From: a virus
Direction: 5' to 3' (one strand)
IMG/VR virus record: IMGVR_UViG_3300032315_001572
Location: 1 to 64,000 of that record
Length of the DNA stretch: 64,000 nt
The position numbers were made by a program, and so were the translations under genes. A model generated the notes under the pieces. It was not told where the DNA came from and made no database searches. It worked only from the letters and a program-made list of their open reading frames with translations. Positions 38,477 to 49,000 of the stretch are shown here, piece by piece. The stretch's first letter is position 1, and each line of letters starts with the position of its first letter.

Positions 38477-39862
38477 ATGCCAACCTCATCTGAAGTTTAT
38501 AATTTAATAGTAAGTGGCAATCAATCTTTAAATACCGAACTTAGCTCTTTAACACCATCTACACAGGTTATTTTATATGAAATTGATTTATCAGAAATAG
38601 CACCTACAACTATTAATTTTAATTATAATGGAGATCAACCGATTAATAATGGAATATTTAGAATATATAATGATTATAATTTATTCAAAATCGTAAATAA
38701 CCCATATGGAGCATTAAAATGGCAAAATAATTATTATTATCCTTTTCCAATTTTTTCAGAAGGTTTTGAATATTCTTCTGCAGGAACACTACCAACTCCA
38801 AAAGTTTCAATATCTAATCTTTCTCCAGATTATTCTTCTAACTCTTTCTACAGATACATTAGAATGCAAATGCAAAGTTTAGGAGATATTGTTGGTGCAA
38901 AATTTAGTAGAATTAAAACATTTTTAAAATATCTCGATAAAGCAAATTTTTCTAATAATATTAATCCTTTTAATAAAAATGAAGGATTATATGAAATAGA
39001 GCTACCAAGAGATATTTATTATGTAGATAGAAAAACGGTTGAGAATAGGAATATAGTTGAATATCAATTAAATACAATTTTAGATATAGAAAATTTAACA
39101 TTACCAGGAAGAACAATTTACGCTAAAAAATGTCCATTTCAATATAGAGGAGAAGGATGCTGTTACGAATATAATAGCAGATTAACTTATTTGCACAGCG
39201 GAATTTATGCAGGTATAGATAATTCTCCTATAACAGTAAGAGGTCTTTACACTGCCCCACCAGTAGCTACAGAAAATGATCAGTTATTTTTTGGAAGCGT
39301 TTTTAATCCTACTGGAGGTAGGGCACATCTTTCAGCAATATTTAGAATAACTGGAGCAAATTATGGAACTAATGGCCCTCTTGGAAATTCTGGACAATGG
39401 TCTCAAAATCAAACATATATTTCTGGAGATTTTATTTATTTACAAAATAGAGGATTAAAATTTTATTATGTTTGTTTAAATAATCATTTATCTGATCCAT
39501 TTAATGCTCCACCAAATACTAATTACTGGTCAGCTGATTCATGTTCAAAAAATATAAACGCTTGTAGATTAAGATGGTTAAAAAATCCAGCTTTTAGACC
39601 AGTTATTTGGCCAGCAGATAGAAATGGAGAGAGCTGGACTCAAACAAAAGATAGAATAGTAAGTTTGGTTGGAAGTGGCGAAAGAATAAGTTTATGGGCA
39701 ACTGGTTTAAATGGTGTTCCAATTAATTTCCCAAGAAGACCTGGAGCAGAAGATCCAACTGGAATTAGAGCGCATGGAATTCCAAAAGATATGAATCAAA
39801 ATTATTTAAATGGATTTCTTCCATTCGGAGGATTTCCAGGAACAAATCAACCCCAAGCATAA
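38477..39862 (+). CDS. minor tail protein, lambda gpL-like
   Basis: LYEIDL, LPTPK, RIKTF.KYLD, LPGR, CPFQYRGEGC, DSCSK...CRLR, PFGGFPG. Confidence 0.88.
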   Translation: MPTSSEVYNLIVSGNQSLNTELSSLTPSTQVILYEIDLSEIAPTTINFNYNGDQPINNGIFRIYNDYNLFKIVNNPYGALKWQNNYYYPFPIFSEGFEYSSAGTLPTPKVSISNLSPDYSSNSFYRYIRMQMQSLGDIVGAKFSRIKTFLKYLDKANFSNNINPFNKNEGLYEIELPRDIYYVDRKTVENRNIVEYQLNTILDIENLTLPGRTIYAKKCPFQYRGEGCCYEYNSRLTYLHSGIYAGIDNSPITVRGLYTAPPVATENDQLFFGSVFNPTGGRAHLSAIFRITGANYGTNGPLGNSGQWSQNQTYISGDFIYLQNRGLKFYYVCLNNHLSDPFNAPPNTNYWSADSCSKNINACRLRWLKNPAFRPVIWPADRNGESWTQTKDRIVSLVGSGERISLWATGLNGVPINFPRRPGAEDPTGIRAHGIPKDMNQNYLNGFLPFGGFPGTNQPQA

Positions 39863-39864
39863 AA

Positions 39865-40590
39865 ATGATTGATAAAAAAAATAAAAATTTTATTATAAAA
39901 GAATGTTCAAAAAATCCATCAGAAGAAATTTGTGGATTTATAGTACTTAAAAATGATAATTTTATATGCATGCCATGTGAAAATATTGCAAAAAATAAAA
40001 AAGAAAATTTTATGATATCTTCTTTGGATTATATTAAAATAAAAAAATATTCAGATCAAATTCTTTATATTTATCATAGCCATATAAATGATAATGAAAA
40101 TTTTTCTGAACAAGATATTTCTTGCTCTGAAAATTTATGTCTACCAATTATAATGTATAATTTAAATAAAAAAATATTTAAAATTCATGAACCAATAAGT
40201 ATAAAAAAAGAATATATTGGAAGATTCTATCAACATGGAAAATATGATTGTTTTAGATTAATTGAAGAATTTTATAAAAAAGAAAAGTCTATAGAATTCA
40301 AGTATGATAATAATTTTTATTCAAAATCATTAGAACAAATGGATATAAAAACAGAATTATATAAATTTTATAAGAATAATAATTTCCAACTTATAGAAAA
40401 TAAAAGCGATCTTAAATTGCACGATATACTTTTAATAGATGCTTTTGGAGATCATAAACCAAAACATTTCGCATTGTATATGGGACAAGATAAAATTTTA
40501 CATCAACCTATGTTTGGTTTCTCAAGAATCGAAAATTATTGTAATTTTTATAAAAGGCATACAGATTCAATCTTTAGGTTAAAAATATGA
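39865..40590 (+). CDS. tail assembly protein, lambda gpK-like (JAB/MPN plus NlpC/P60)
   Basis: EICG, YHSH...FSEQD; GR....GKYDC, HFALYMG...ILH. Confidence 0.88.
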   Translation: MIDKKNKNFIIKECSKNPSEEICGFIVLKNDNFICMPCENIAKNKKENFMISSLDYIKIKKYSDQILYIYHSHINDNENFSEQDISCSENLCLPIIMYNLNKKIFKIHEPISIKKEYIGRFYQHGKYDCFRLIEEFYKKEKSIEFKYDNNFYSKSLEQMDIKTELYKFYKNNNFQLIENKSDLKLHDILLIDAFGDHKPKHFALYMGQDKILHQPMFGFSRIENYCNFYKRHTDSIFRLKI

Positions 40591-41351
40591 TAACAGTAAA
40601 TTTGCATGGTAAATTGGGTGAAGACTTGGGAGAAACATGGGAATTAGATGTTTCTTCTGTGGCAGAAGCTTTGCACGCTATAGATATAAATACTAAAAAA
40701 TTAAGACATTGGTTATTATATAATAAAGATCAATATGAATATGAGATTTTAGCAGATAATAATAGTTTTTTTGATGAATCTCCTGAGTTTAAAGATATAA
40801 ATGAATTAAAAAATTCTGAATTTTGTTTAGATATTAAAGATAAAATAAAAACAATAGATATTGTTCCGTCTGTTATAGGCTCTGGAGCAGTTGGGAAAAT
40901 ATTCGTAGGAGCAGCTCTAGTTGTTGCAGCGGTAGCGATAGCCGTATTTACGCCATTTATTTTACCAGCCGTAGCTATTGGATTTGCTGGTTTAGCTTTA
41001 ATTGCAGCAGGAACGAGTGAATTATTATCAAAACCCCCACCATCTGTTCCTTTTACCGCTCAACAAACTAATCCAATAGATGGACAGGGTGAAGCTGGAG
41101 GACCAACATCTTATCTTTTTAATGGTCCAGTAAACACAGTAGGAGAAGGTGGTCCAGTCCCAATAGGATATGGAGAGCTAATCGTTGGTGGTAATAATGT
41201 ATTTAGTAGTTATGAAATTGTTTATAGAGCATATGCTGGTAATTTTGATACAAATACTTTACAAATTAATAATGCAGGAAATGCTCAGTATTTATTTAAC
41301 TCTAGGTGTCAGTTAATAAGTCAAGAAGCTTTACAAGCTTTAGCTTTTTAA
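40587..41351 (+). CDS. tail assembly protein, lambda gpI-like
   Basis: VNLHGKLG, AEALHAI, IVP..GSG, hydrophobic stretch, SYLFNGPVNT..EGGPVPIGYGELIVG. Confidence 0.88.
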   Translation: MITVNLHGKLGEDLGETWELDVSSVAEALHAIDINTKKLRHWLLYNKDQYEYEILADNNSFFDESPEFKDINELKNSEFCLDIKDKIKTIDIVPSVIGSGAVGKIFVGAALVVAAVAIAVFTPFILPAVAIGFAGLALIAAGTSELLSKPPPSVPFTAQQTNPIDGQGEAGGPTSYLFNGPVNTVGEGGPVPIGYGELIVGGNNVFSSYEIVYRAYAGNFDTNTLQINNAGNAQYLFNSRCQLISQEALQALAF

Positions 41352-41355
41352 GTTT

Positions 41356-44300
41356 ATGGGAAATCCAAATAAATACGCAGATGGTTTACAATATCTTGCA
41401 TTTCCTGGAAACGTTGGTCAAGGAGTATGTGGATATAATTTTCCAGAAAGCACAGCTCAAGATGATGTAGGTGGTGGTAATTTATGTTTAAGCTTTAGTG
41501 GTACAGCGTTACCTGTTCCTAGTTCTAATCCAGGAGCACCAAATACTTACGGTAGAGGTCCAAGTGGATTTCTCGCAAGGCATACTGTATTAGCCGTAAT
41601 GACTGGAGCCAATATTCAAAAATTTAGTACTAGAGATGGAAGCCCTGCAGATGGCGCACTCTTTAGGGCGAATACTTTTGGCGCGCCAGATTTACAAACT
41701 ATTTTTGGTGTGAGTACGGTCGCCTCAGTAGAAGCGGGAACTGATCCACAAACTAACGGAGTACGTTTAACTCAAAGATTCAAAGATCAAAGAGCATATA
41801 CTTCTATTGGTCAAATTAATGTATTAGATTTAGTTTGCGAGGGTCCGATTGAAGGGTTTGTTAGTGGATTATATATTCCAAATTTAAGTGGAAAATCAAT
41901 TGGAGATATAGGATATACTAGCGTTACATTTCAACCATATGAACAAACTTACAGTAATCCAGAAACTAGATCAATATATTGGAATGATACTCCAATTACA
42001 GATCTTGCAGGATTTTATAATTTTCAATATGTAAATTATAAATACACATATGGCGAAAAAACAAATGATCATACAATTTATAATCCATATTTAAATCTTT
42101 ATGAAGAAAGAAGAGATTACTTTGGCAAACAAGTAGATCAAAACAAAATACCATTACAAACCTCAATAACAAAAAGTATAAATGAAACTTTATATGGATT
42201 TTATCAATTAACTGGAACTCAAATATTAACACCAAAAACTTATTATGTATATAATACCGATGTTTCATCAATTAAAATAAATATAAAAATAAACAGTTTA
42301 TATGAGCAAATACTAACTGGAGCAAATGCTGGAGACGTTGAACCACAAGTTGGAGTTTTTACATTTGCAATATATAGAATTCTTTCAGATAATAGTCTTA
42401 TATTGTTAGATACATCTAAATATAGACCTTATTTAAGAGAAGGATATTCAGTCGATACTATTCAACTCCAAGGAAAAATAGCTAATAGCCCAGTAATAGT
42501 TCCATATGAAATAACGCTAAGACCTTATGCAGAAAATACTCCTTGGTTTGAAATCTTTCCAAATCAAATTGGTTGGGCTATAGACCTTGTTAAAAAAACA
42601 AGAGAAAGCACTGGCGGTGGACTTTTTAACTCTACATCAATAGATAGTATAACTGAAGTTTATTCAGATCGTTTTGTTTATCCAGATACTGCTTTAGTTT
42701 ATTCTAAGTTTGATGCAAGATATTTTAATGATATTCCAACGAGAACATATAAATTAAGATTATTGAAAGTTAAGATACCAGTAAATTATGATCCAGTTGC
42801 TAGAAATTATACTGGTCCGTGGAATGGAAAATTTAAAATTGCATGGACTGATAACCCAGCTTGGTGTTTTTATGATTTAATTATAAACAATAGATTTGGA
42901 TTAGGAAAATTTATTGATTCTAGTTTAACAGATAAATGGACTTTATATGAAATTGGTCAATATTGCGATGAACTTGTATCCGATGGTCTTGGAGGTTTGG
43001 AGCCTAGATTTACTTGTAATTTATATATTAATACAAAAGAAGAAGCCTATAAAGTTTTAAACGATATGGCAAGCATTTTTAGAGCAATCGTATATTATTC
43101 AGCTGGACAAATAACTGTATCTCAAGATTCATTAAAAGAGCCTATATATCTTTTTAATAATAGTAGCGTTATAGAAGGAACATTCAATTATTCTGATGCT
43201 TCTAAAAAGTCAAGGAAAACAGTAGCATCTGTAAGATTTAATGATAAAAATGATAATTTTAAACCAGCAATTGAATACGTAGAAGACAAAAATTCAATAT
43301 TAAAATATGGAATACGAGAAACAGAAATTGTTGCATTTGGTTGCACAAGCAGTAGTCAAGCAAAAAGAATTGGCAAATGGCTTTTAACTACTCAAAACAC
43401 AGAAACAGAATTAGTTGATTTTCAAGTTGGTCTAGAAGGTAATTATTTAAGACCAGGGGATGTTATCTCAATTTATGATCAATATAGAAAAAATCAATCT
43501 TACGCAGGAAGAACTTTAGAGCTAACTAGTGGATACGCAGTATTAGATACTCCATATAATTTTACTAATACATACGCAATTACTGGTGCGAATATGAATA
43601 ATTCATTTGTATTTAATATATTAACTCCAACTTATAATTTAAATCCTGGAACACAACTTGGAGACTTGTATATTACTGGTTTTAATATTACATCTTCTGG
43701 AGTTACAGGATTAAATAGTTCATTCTTTAGAAGAAGTCAGTTGCAATCTATTAAAATAAATAGTCCACAAAATTATTTAACTAGTGGATCTGGAATATAC
43801 TCTAATAATATAAGACTTAATTTTCCAAGCGGTTTAATAGTTAGCGGTTATAGTTTACCGCAAAACACAGTTTGGAATATAGATATAAATACTTCTGGAT
43901 ATGCAACAGCAGGAATTAATACTAGGTCTGAGATGAACAATGAAGGCAGAGCCTTGTATCCAGGATATTACCTAGAATCATTTCTTAATAAACCTAAAAA
44001 ATATAGAGTATTAACCATTACAGAAAAAGAACCAGAAATATTTAATGTTAATGCTCTTGAATATAATGATCAAAAATATGCAGATATTGACAATGTAAAT
44101 GATTTAGTTAACGTACCACTTAGACCTGCTGCACCAGTTGCTCCTACTTTATTTTTAAGTGGAATATTTAGAGATCCTATTACTAATTCTTATCTAAGTA
44201 ATCCAGCTGGAACACATTATACTACTAATCAAGGCGGAATTAACAGCGTAATGTATAATATACAACCACCAACAAATAATGCAAGTAATAATCTATATTA

Positions 44301-44589
44301 TGTATATATAAAACCATTCTCTCCTTTTACAAGTGCAACTGTAACTCCAGAATCATTTTTATTTGATGCAATATCTCCTTCAACACTTAGAACTGGTTTA
44401 AGTCGATTCGATTGGTCTATAGGCACTATACCAGCATTTATAACACCAACTGGTGCTGGCACATATTATTTTAGAATATTCGCTGAAAATAATATCGGAG
44501 AAAGAACTCCAGCGCTCAATGGATCATACAATCTAACAAATCAAGCTTCTGTTTTCAGCGTTCAAGCTTCTGGTACAAATGTTTATTAA
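41356..44589 (+). CDS. central tail tip/host-specificity protein, lambda gpJ-like
   Basis: DLVCEGPIEG, YPDTAL, WNG.FK.AWTDNPAWCFYDL..NRFGLG, EPRFTCN, FGCTS..QA.R.GKW, LRPGDVI. Confidence 0.9.
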   Translation: MGNPNKYADGLQYLAFPGNVGQGVCGYNFPESTAQDDVGGGNLCLSFSGTALPVPSSNPGAPNTYGRGPSGFLARHTVLAVMTGANIQKFSTRDGSPADGALFRANTFGAPDLQTIFGVSTVASVEAGTDPQTNGVRLTQRFKDQRAYTSIGQINVLDLVCEGPIEGFVSGLYIPNLSGKSIGDIGYTSVTFQPYEQTYSNPETRSIYWNDTPITDLAGFYNFQYVNYKYTYGEKTNDHTIYNPYLNLYEERRDYFGKQVDQNKIPLQTSITKSINETLYGFYQLTGTQILTPKTYYVYNTDVSSIKINIKINSLYEQILTGANAGDVEPQVGVFTFAIYRILSDNSLILLDTSKYRPYLREGYSVDTIQLQGKIANSPVIVPYEITLRPYAENTPWFEIFPNQIGWAIDLVKKTRESTGGGLFNSTSIDSITEVYSDRFVYPDTALVYSKFDARYFNDIPTRTYKLRLLKVKIPVNYDPVARNYTGPWNGKFKIAWTDNPAWCFYDLIINNRFGLGKFIDSSLTDKWTLYEIGQYCDELVSDGLGGLEPRFTCNLYINTKEEAYKVLNDMASIFRAIVYYSAGQITVSQDSLKEPIYLFNNSSVIEGTFNYSDASKKSRKTVASVRFNDKNDNFKPAIEYVEDKNSILKYGIRETEIVAFGCTSSSQAKRIGKWLLTTQNTETELVDFQVGLEGNYLRPGDVISIYDQYRKNQSYAGRTLELTSGYAVLDTPYNFTNTYAITGANMNNSFVFNILTPTYNLNPGTQLGDLYITGFNITSSGVTGLNSSFFRRSQLQSIKINSPQNYLTSGSGIYSNNIRLNFPSGLIVSGYSLPQNTVWNIDINTSGYATAGINTRSEMNNEGRALYPGYYLESFLNKPKKYRVLTITEKEPEIFNVNALEYNDQKYADIDNVNDLVNVPLRPAAPVAPTLFLSGIFRDPITNSYLSNPAGTHYTTNQGGINSVMYNIQPPTNNASNNLYYVYIKPFSPFTSATVTPESFLFDAISPSTLRTGLSRFDWSIGTIPAFITPTGAGTYYFRIFAENNIGERTPALNGSYNLTNQASVFSVQASGTNVY

Positions 44590-44592
44590 TTT

Positions 44593-46008
44593 ATGAAAGT
44601 AAAAAATTTAAATTTAACTTTGGAGTGGCAAACTATCAGAAATATTCCTGATTTTTTAAAAATTGATACGCACTTTCCAACTTATAATGTAAAAGTAAAA
44701 AATGAAAATGATTATCTTATTCATCAAAATTTAAATTTAAATAATCATGAATTTATTATGGAGTCTAATCTTCAATATGAAGATTTTATGCTTAAACCAA
44801 AGCTTAGTGTAGAGATTTCTAAAAATAAAACTAAAAATATTTTTAAATATAATTTTGAAAATAATTATTTAAAATATAAAGAATTAAATAATAAATTAGG
44901 TTTTTTTAAAAAAATAAAATTTGAAGTAGATTACAATAATGATGGTAAAGGCGATTTTGAGCTAAAGGCTGAATATGCTGAAATTGAAAATTTGAATAAA
45001 AGTATTTTATTTAATAAAATTTACCGCAGTAGCGATTATATTAGCGTGAAATTACTTTTAGATAAAGAATATTTTAAACAACAAGAAATACATTCTTTAC
45101 TTGTATTAAGTGAAGTTTCTAATAAGTTAGTTAAAAATAAAAAATTAACGAATCTATTCACCGAAAGAGTAGAAGAAAAATGGCTTGATGTTAATGATTC
45201 AACTGCATTACTAACAATACCTTTTATTGAAAGTGATATTGTTGAGATATCTGAAAATTTAAATATTAAAATTATTCCACTTAATTACCTTCAATCAGAA
45301 TTATATAACTTTTTAAGACCAAGAGAATCTCAGGAAGATATTAATAATTTATATGAAGAGTATTTTCCTAATCAAACATTTAATATTGGCAAAATATATA
45401 AACAATCTGTAAATAACGAAACCTTGGCGTTTTATCAAAATTATTTATATTTATTCAATAATCAAAGCTTAAATTCAAACAGTTTAACTTCAGATTTATC
45501 AATTAATGATATGGTATTTAATAGCTATTTTCCATTATTAAACAAAGATCAAATCAATAAAACTATATGTTTATCTAATGATTTAAATACAGACGATGTA
45601 CTTGACAATAATTATAACTTACAAAAGGGATATTTAGGCTTTTATAGCAAAGACTTAGCCTCCTACGAAGACGTAGCTATTGACTTAGATTACCTTCAAA
45701 ATCAAGGAGTACTTCAAGCCAAAATCATTGAAATCGAAGAAAATAGCGATACTTGCAATATTTATATCGAATTTATAACCACTTTTTATAATAATGAGAA
45801 GTTCTATATAGAAACAAGTAATAATTTAAAATATAGTGAAAAATATAAAACAAATATTGATGGAAAAGATTATATTACATTATTATTCAAATATTCTTAT
45901 GATTTAGCAAATTTAAATGAATATTTAAATGAAAATCCTTCTATAAATAAATCTCAAATTATATCAGATAAAGATTTAATCAACTTTTCGGCAAAATTAA
46001 TATTATAA
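44593..46008 (+). CDS. hypothetical protein (Asn/Lys/Ile-rich)
   Basis: 471 aa ORF directly after gpJ-like gene; no recognised motif. Confidence 0.7.
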   Translation: MKVKNLNLTLEWQTIRNIPDFLKIDTHFPTYNVKVKNENDYLIHQNLNLNNHEFIMESNLQYEDFMLKPKLSVEISKNKTKNIFKYNFENNYLKYKELNNKLGFFKKIKFEVDYNNDGKGDFELKAEYAEIENLNKSILFNKIYRSSDYISVKLLLDKEYFKQQEIHSLLVLSEVSNKLVKNKKLTNLFTERVEEKWLDVNDSTALLTIPFIESDIVEISENLNIKIIPLNYLQSELYNFLRPRESQEDINNLYEEYFPNQTFNIGKIYKQSVNNETLAFYQNYLYLFNNQSLNSNSLTSDLSINDMVFNSYFPLLNKDQINKTICLSNDLNTDDVLDNNYNLQKGYLGFYSKDLASYEDVAIDLDYLQNQGVLQAKIIEIEENSDTCNIYIEFITTFYNNEKFYIETSNNLKYSEKYKTNIDGKDYITLLFKYSYDLANLNEYLNENPSINKSQIISDKDLINFSAKLIL

Positions 46009-46009
46009 A

Positions 46010-49000
46010 TTATCTTTTTACTTGTCTATAAACCGCTGAACTCAATAATCCGCCAGGTCTTTGTTGCTCTGTTATCACCCTCATTACTTGAGTTTTTACT
46101 TTTTCAGCAAGCTCTTTGGTTTCTTCTGCGTCTTTTTGCTGTTTGTCGGCTTGACTAGTTTCAGTATTTTCGCTTGTAGCTCCTTGTTGATTTAAATTAA
46201 CTACAACACTTACATTGTTTGTTGGAGAATAATTATTAGAATTTGTTTCACTAACGTTGCCAACTGCTCCTCCATCTGCAAATTTTTTAGCTCTTCCAGA
46301 ATTAAGATCATCAAAGAATTTTTTGCCATACATATTAACTGCTTCTTTTCTCATTACGAATTCGCCACCCATAAGCATCGCTGGGATATCATCTTTGCTG
46401 CTTCCACCAGAAGCAAATTTTCTAACTTCTCCACCTTTAGCTAAAAATCCTAATCCAGCAGCTCCAACCCCCAAAAGAGCTTGATAATATGCACCTCTAC
46501 TTTTTGCATTTTTTTGTTGATTATATTGATCTTGAATTTCTTGATTCATTCTAATGTTGTCTTGCAGTGCTTGTCTATTTGATTCGTTGACTCCAGCTAC
46601 GTAATTTAAATAATCATATAATGCCATTTCTCTTTCTTGCCTTATTCTATTTTGGGGATTATTTTGATCAATAATAGCCTGTAAACCAAGTCTTGGATCG
46701 ATAATATTCTCTCCAGCAGTTGGATAAAGCGGGTCATTATATCTGTAAATATTTGTTCCTAAAAATTCAGATTCTCCACCATATGCAAGTCCGTTAATTC
46801 TACCACCATTTATCATATGCAACAAACCAGAACCATATTTATCAACAGCACTTTTTCTAATGACGTATTCTCCTCTGCTCAACATAGCTGGAACATCATC
46901 CTTATTCCCTGATCCACCAACTACATTACCACCAGTAGAATAACCTTTAATTAATCCGCCTTTTGATTTACCAAATAAACTTCCAAATAATCCTCCACCA
47001 CCTCCTCCAAATATATTACTTGTACTACCAAAAAGTTTTCCAAAAATTAAATTAGTACTAAACTCAAGAGCTAATTGTTGTATTCTGTCGCTAATATTAA
47101 GCGCCATTCTTGTAAAGGCATCGCTAGCAGTAGCTGTTCCATTAGCAAAAGATAAGAAAGCATTATTAAATTCGCTTTTTATTGTTCGTGCTGTGTCTGC
47201 TGCTCCAAGTTGAGCATCTCTAAACGAATCTTCGGCACGATTATCAAATTGATCAAAAAATGCTGAACCAATATCTCCAATACTTTTTCTTCCACCTAAT
47301 ATTTGTTTTTCTCTCGCGGCTTGTTGATCTGCTCTATATTGATCCGCAAAAACTAATCCCCTATCTCTTTGACTTCTACTTGTTAAACGTTCTTGTGCGC
47401 CTTCTAAGCCCATGCTAAATTTATCTAAATCTCCATCAGATTGAACAAGAGCCTCATTTACTTGAGTGATATATTTCGCTTCAACTTTTCTTCTTTCTGT
47501 TTCGTTTAATATTTGTTTTCTAAGACCTTCTTGAAGATCTAAAACTTTTGCAGTTGCAATTCTATTTGCATTTAGATCTAAATTTAAATCTAATACTGTT
47601 GAGCTATATTTTTGCAATGACTCTGGACTTAAATTATCTTGAAATTTTTTCAATGCTTCTGAGCTTGATGAAACATCTCCTGCCAATCCAGCTCTTCTTA
47701 AGAAATCTTCTTTTTGATATCTAGCTATACTTTTTATTGCATTACTTAAGCTTTTTGTATCTATACCTAATTCTTTTAATTTTTTGCTTAATTCAGTTGA
47801 GCCTTGATCAAGATCATCAAAAGAAAGTTTTTCTAATTCAGTTAAAGTCTTACTTACGGTTTCTTTATCTACTCCAGCTTTAAATAGTAGTCTTGTAATA
47901 GGCTCTAAAATTGCAACTGTTTCTTTTATTAAATTTTGTTCTTCTGGTGGAATAATCGATCCTTGAGCGCCAGTAACAGTTGGAGCAAAAATTTGATCTT
48001 CTGACATACCTCCAACACTTAATCCTGCTCCTATAACAGGTGTACCTTGACCATATTTTGCATTTCTGGCTTGAAGATTTGCTATTACGCTTCCTAATTC
48101 TTGAGTAAATTCATCTCGTAATTTAGGATTGCTAAGAACTTCTCCTCGAACAGATGTTCCTCTTGTAGTTCTAAAATTTAAAATTGCATCTGTAAATTTT
48201 TGTAATTCATTTCCTTTTAAAGATTTGTCTGAAGTAATTTGCATTATACTTGCTAAATTGTCTGCATTTATAGCTGAAGTTTGTAATGCGATTTGAATTT
48301 GACCTAAAGTTTGAGTTATATTTTCAAAATTTCCACTTGAAACCGCATCTCTTAAAGATTTTTGTAATGTAGATGGAGTATTAGTTAATATTGTAGCTAA
48401 ATTTTCATTACTATCAGATAGTATTTTTTGTTTCTCTTCAGTACTTAAAGTTTGATCTGTTAATTTTTCTAAAACTTGATTATAAGATTGTACTGCAGAT
48501 GAAAATGTTTCTAATTTATCTTTATTACTTTCTGAAACAGATATAGCATCTTTTGTTGTTTGATCTAAGCTGTTTAATGAATTAACTAAACTTAACAAAA
48601 TTCCAGTTAGAAGTGCTCCACCCGCGGCTTTTTTTCCTCCTCCAGCTAATAAAGTTGTTCCAGCAAAACTTGCTCCTTGAATCGCGGCTCCAACTCCTGC
48701 GCTTGTTTTTTGATCTGTTATACTTTCTTGAATTTTTGAACCTAATCTATCTATTGCAATAAATAATGCCGCACTTAAAACTTGTCTAATAATAAACGCA
48801 GTACCTGCGCTCGCTGCCAATCCACCTGCTGCCTGTAAAAAAAAGTTTGGAACAAAACCTTTTGATGCTCCAGCAGTTTTCGCTTTATTAGAACCATATC
48901 TTGCTACGCCTTGACCTAATCCCATTGGTTCATCTTTTGTATTGTAAACACCAAGACCAAGTGGATTCGCACCAGAAGTTAATCTAGAATCTTTACCTAC

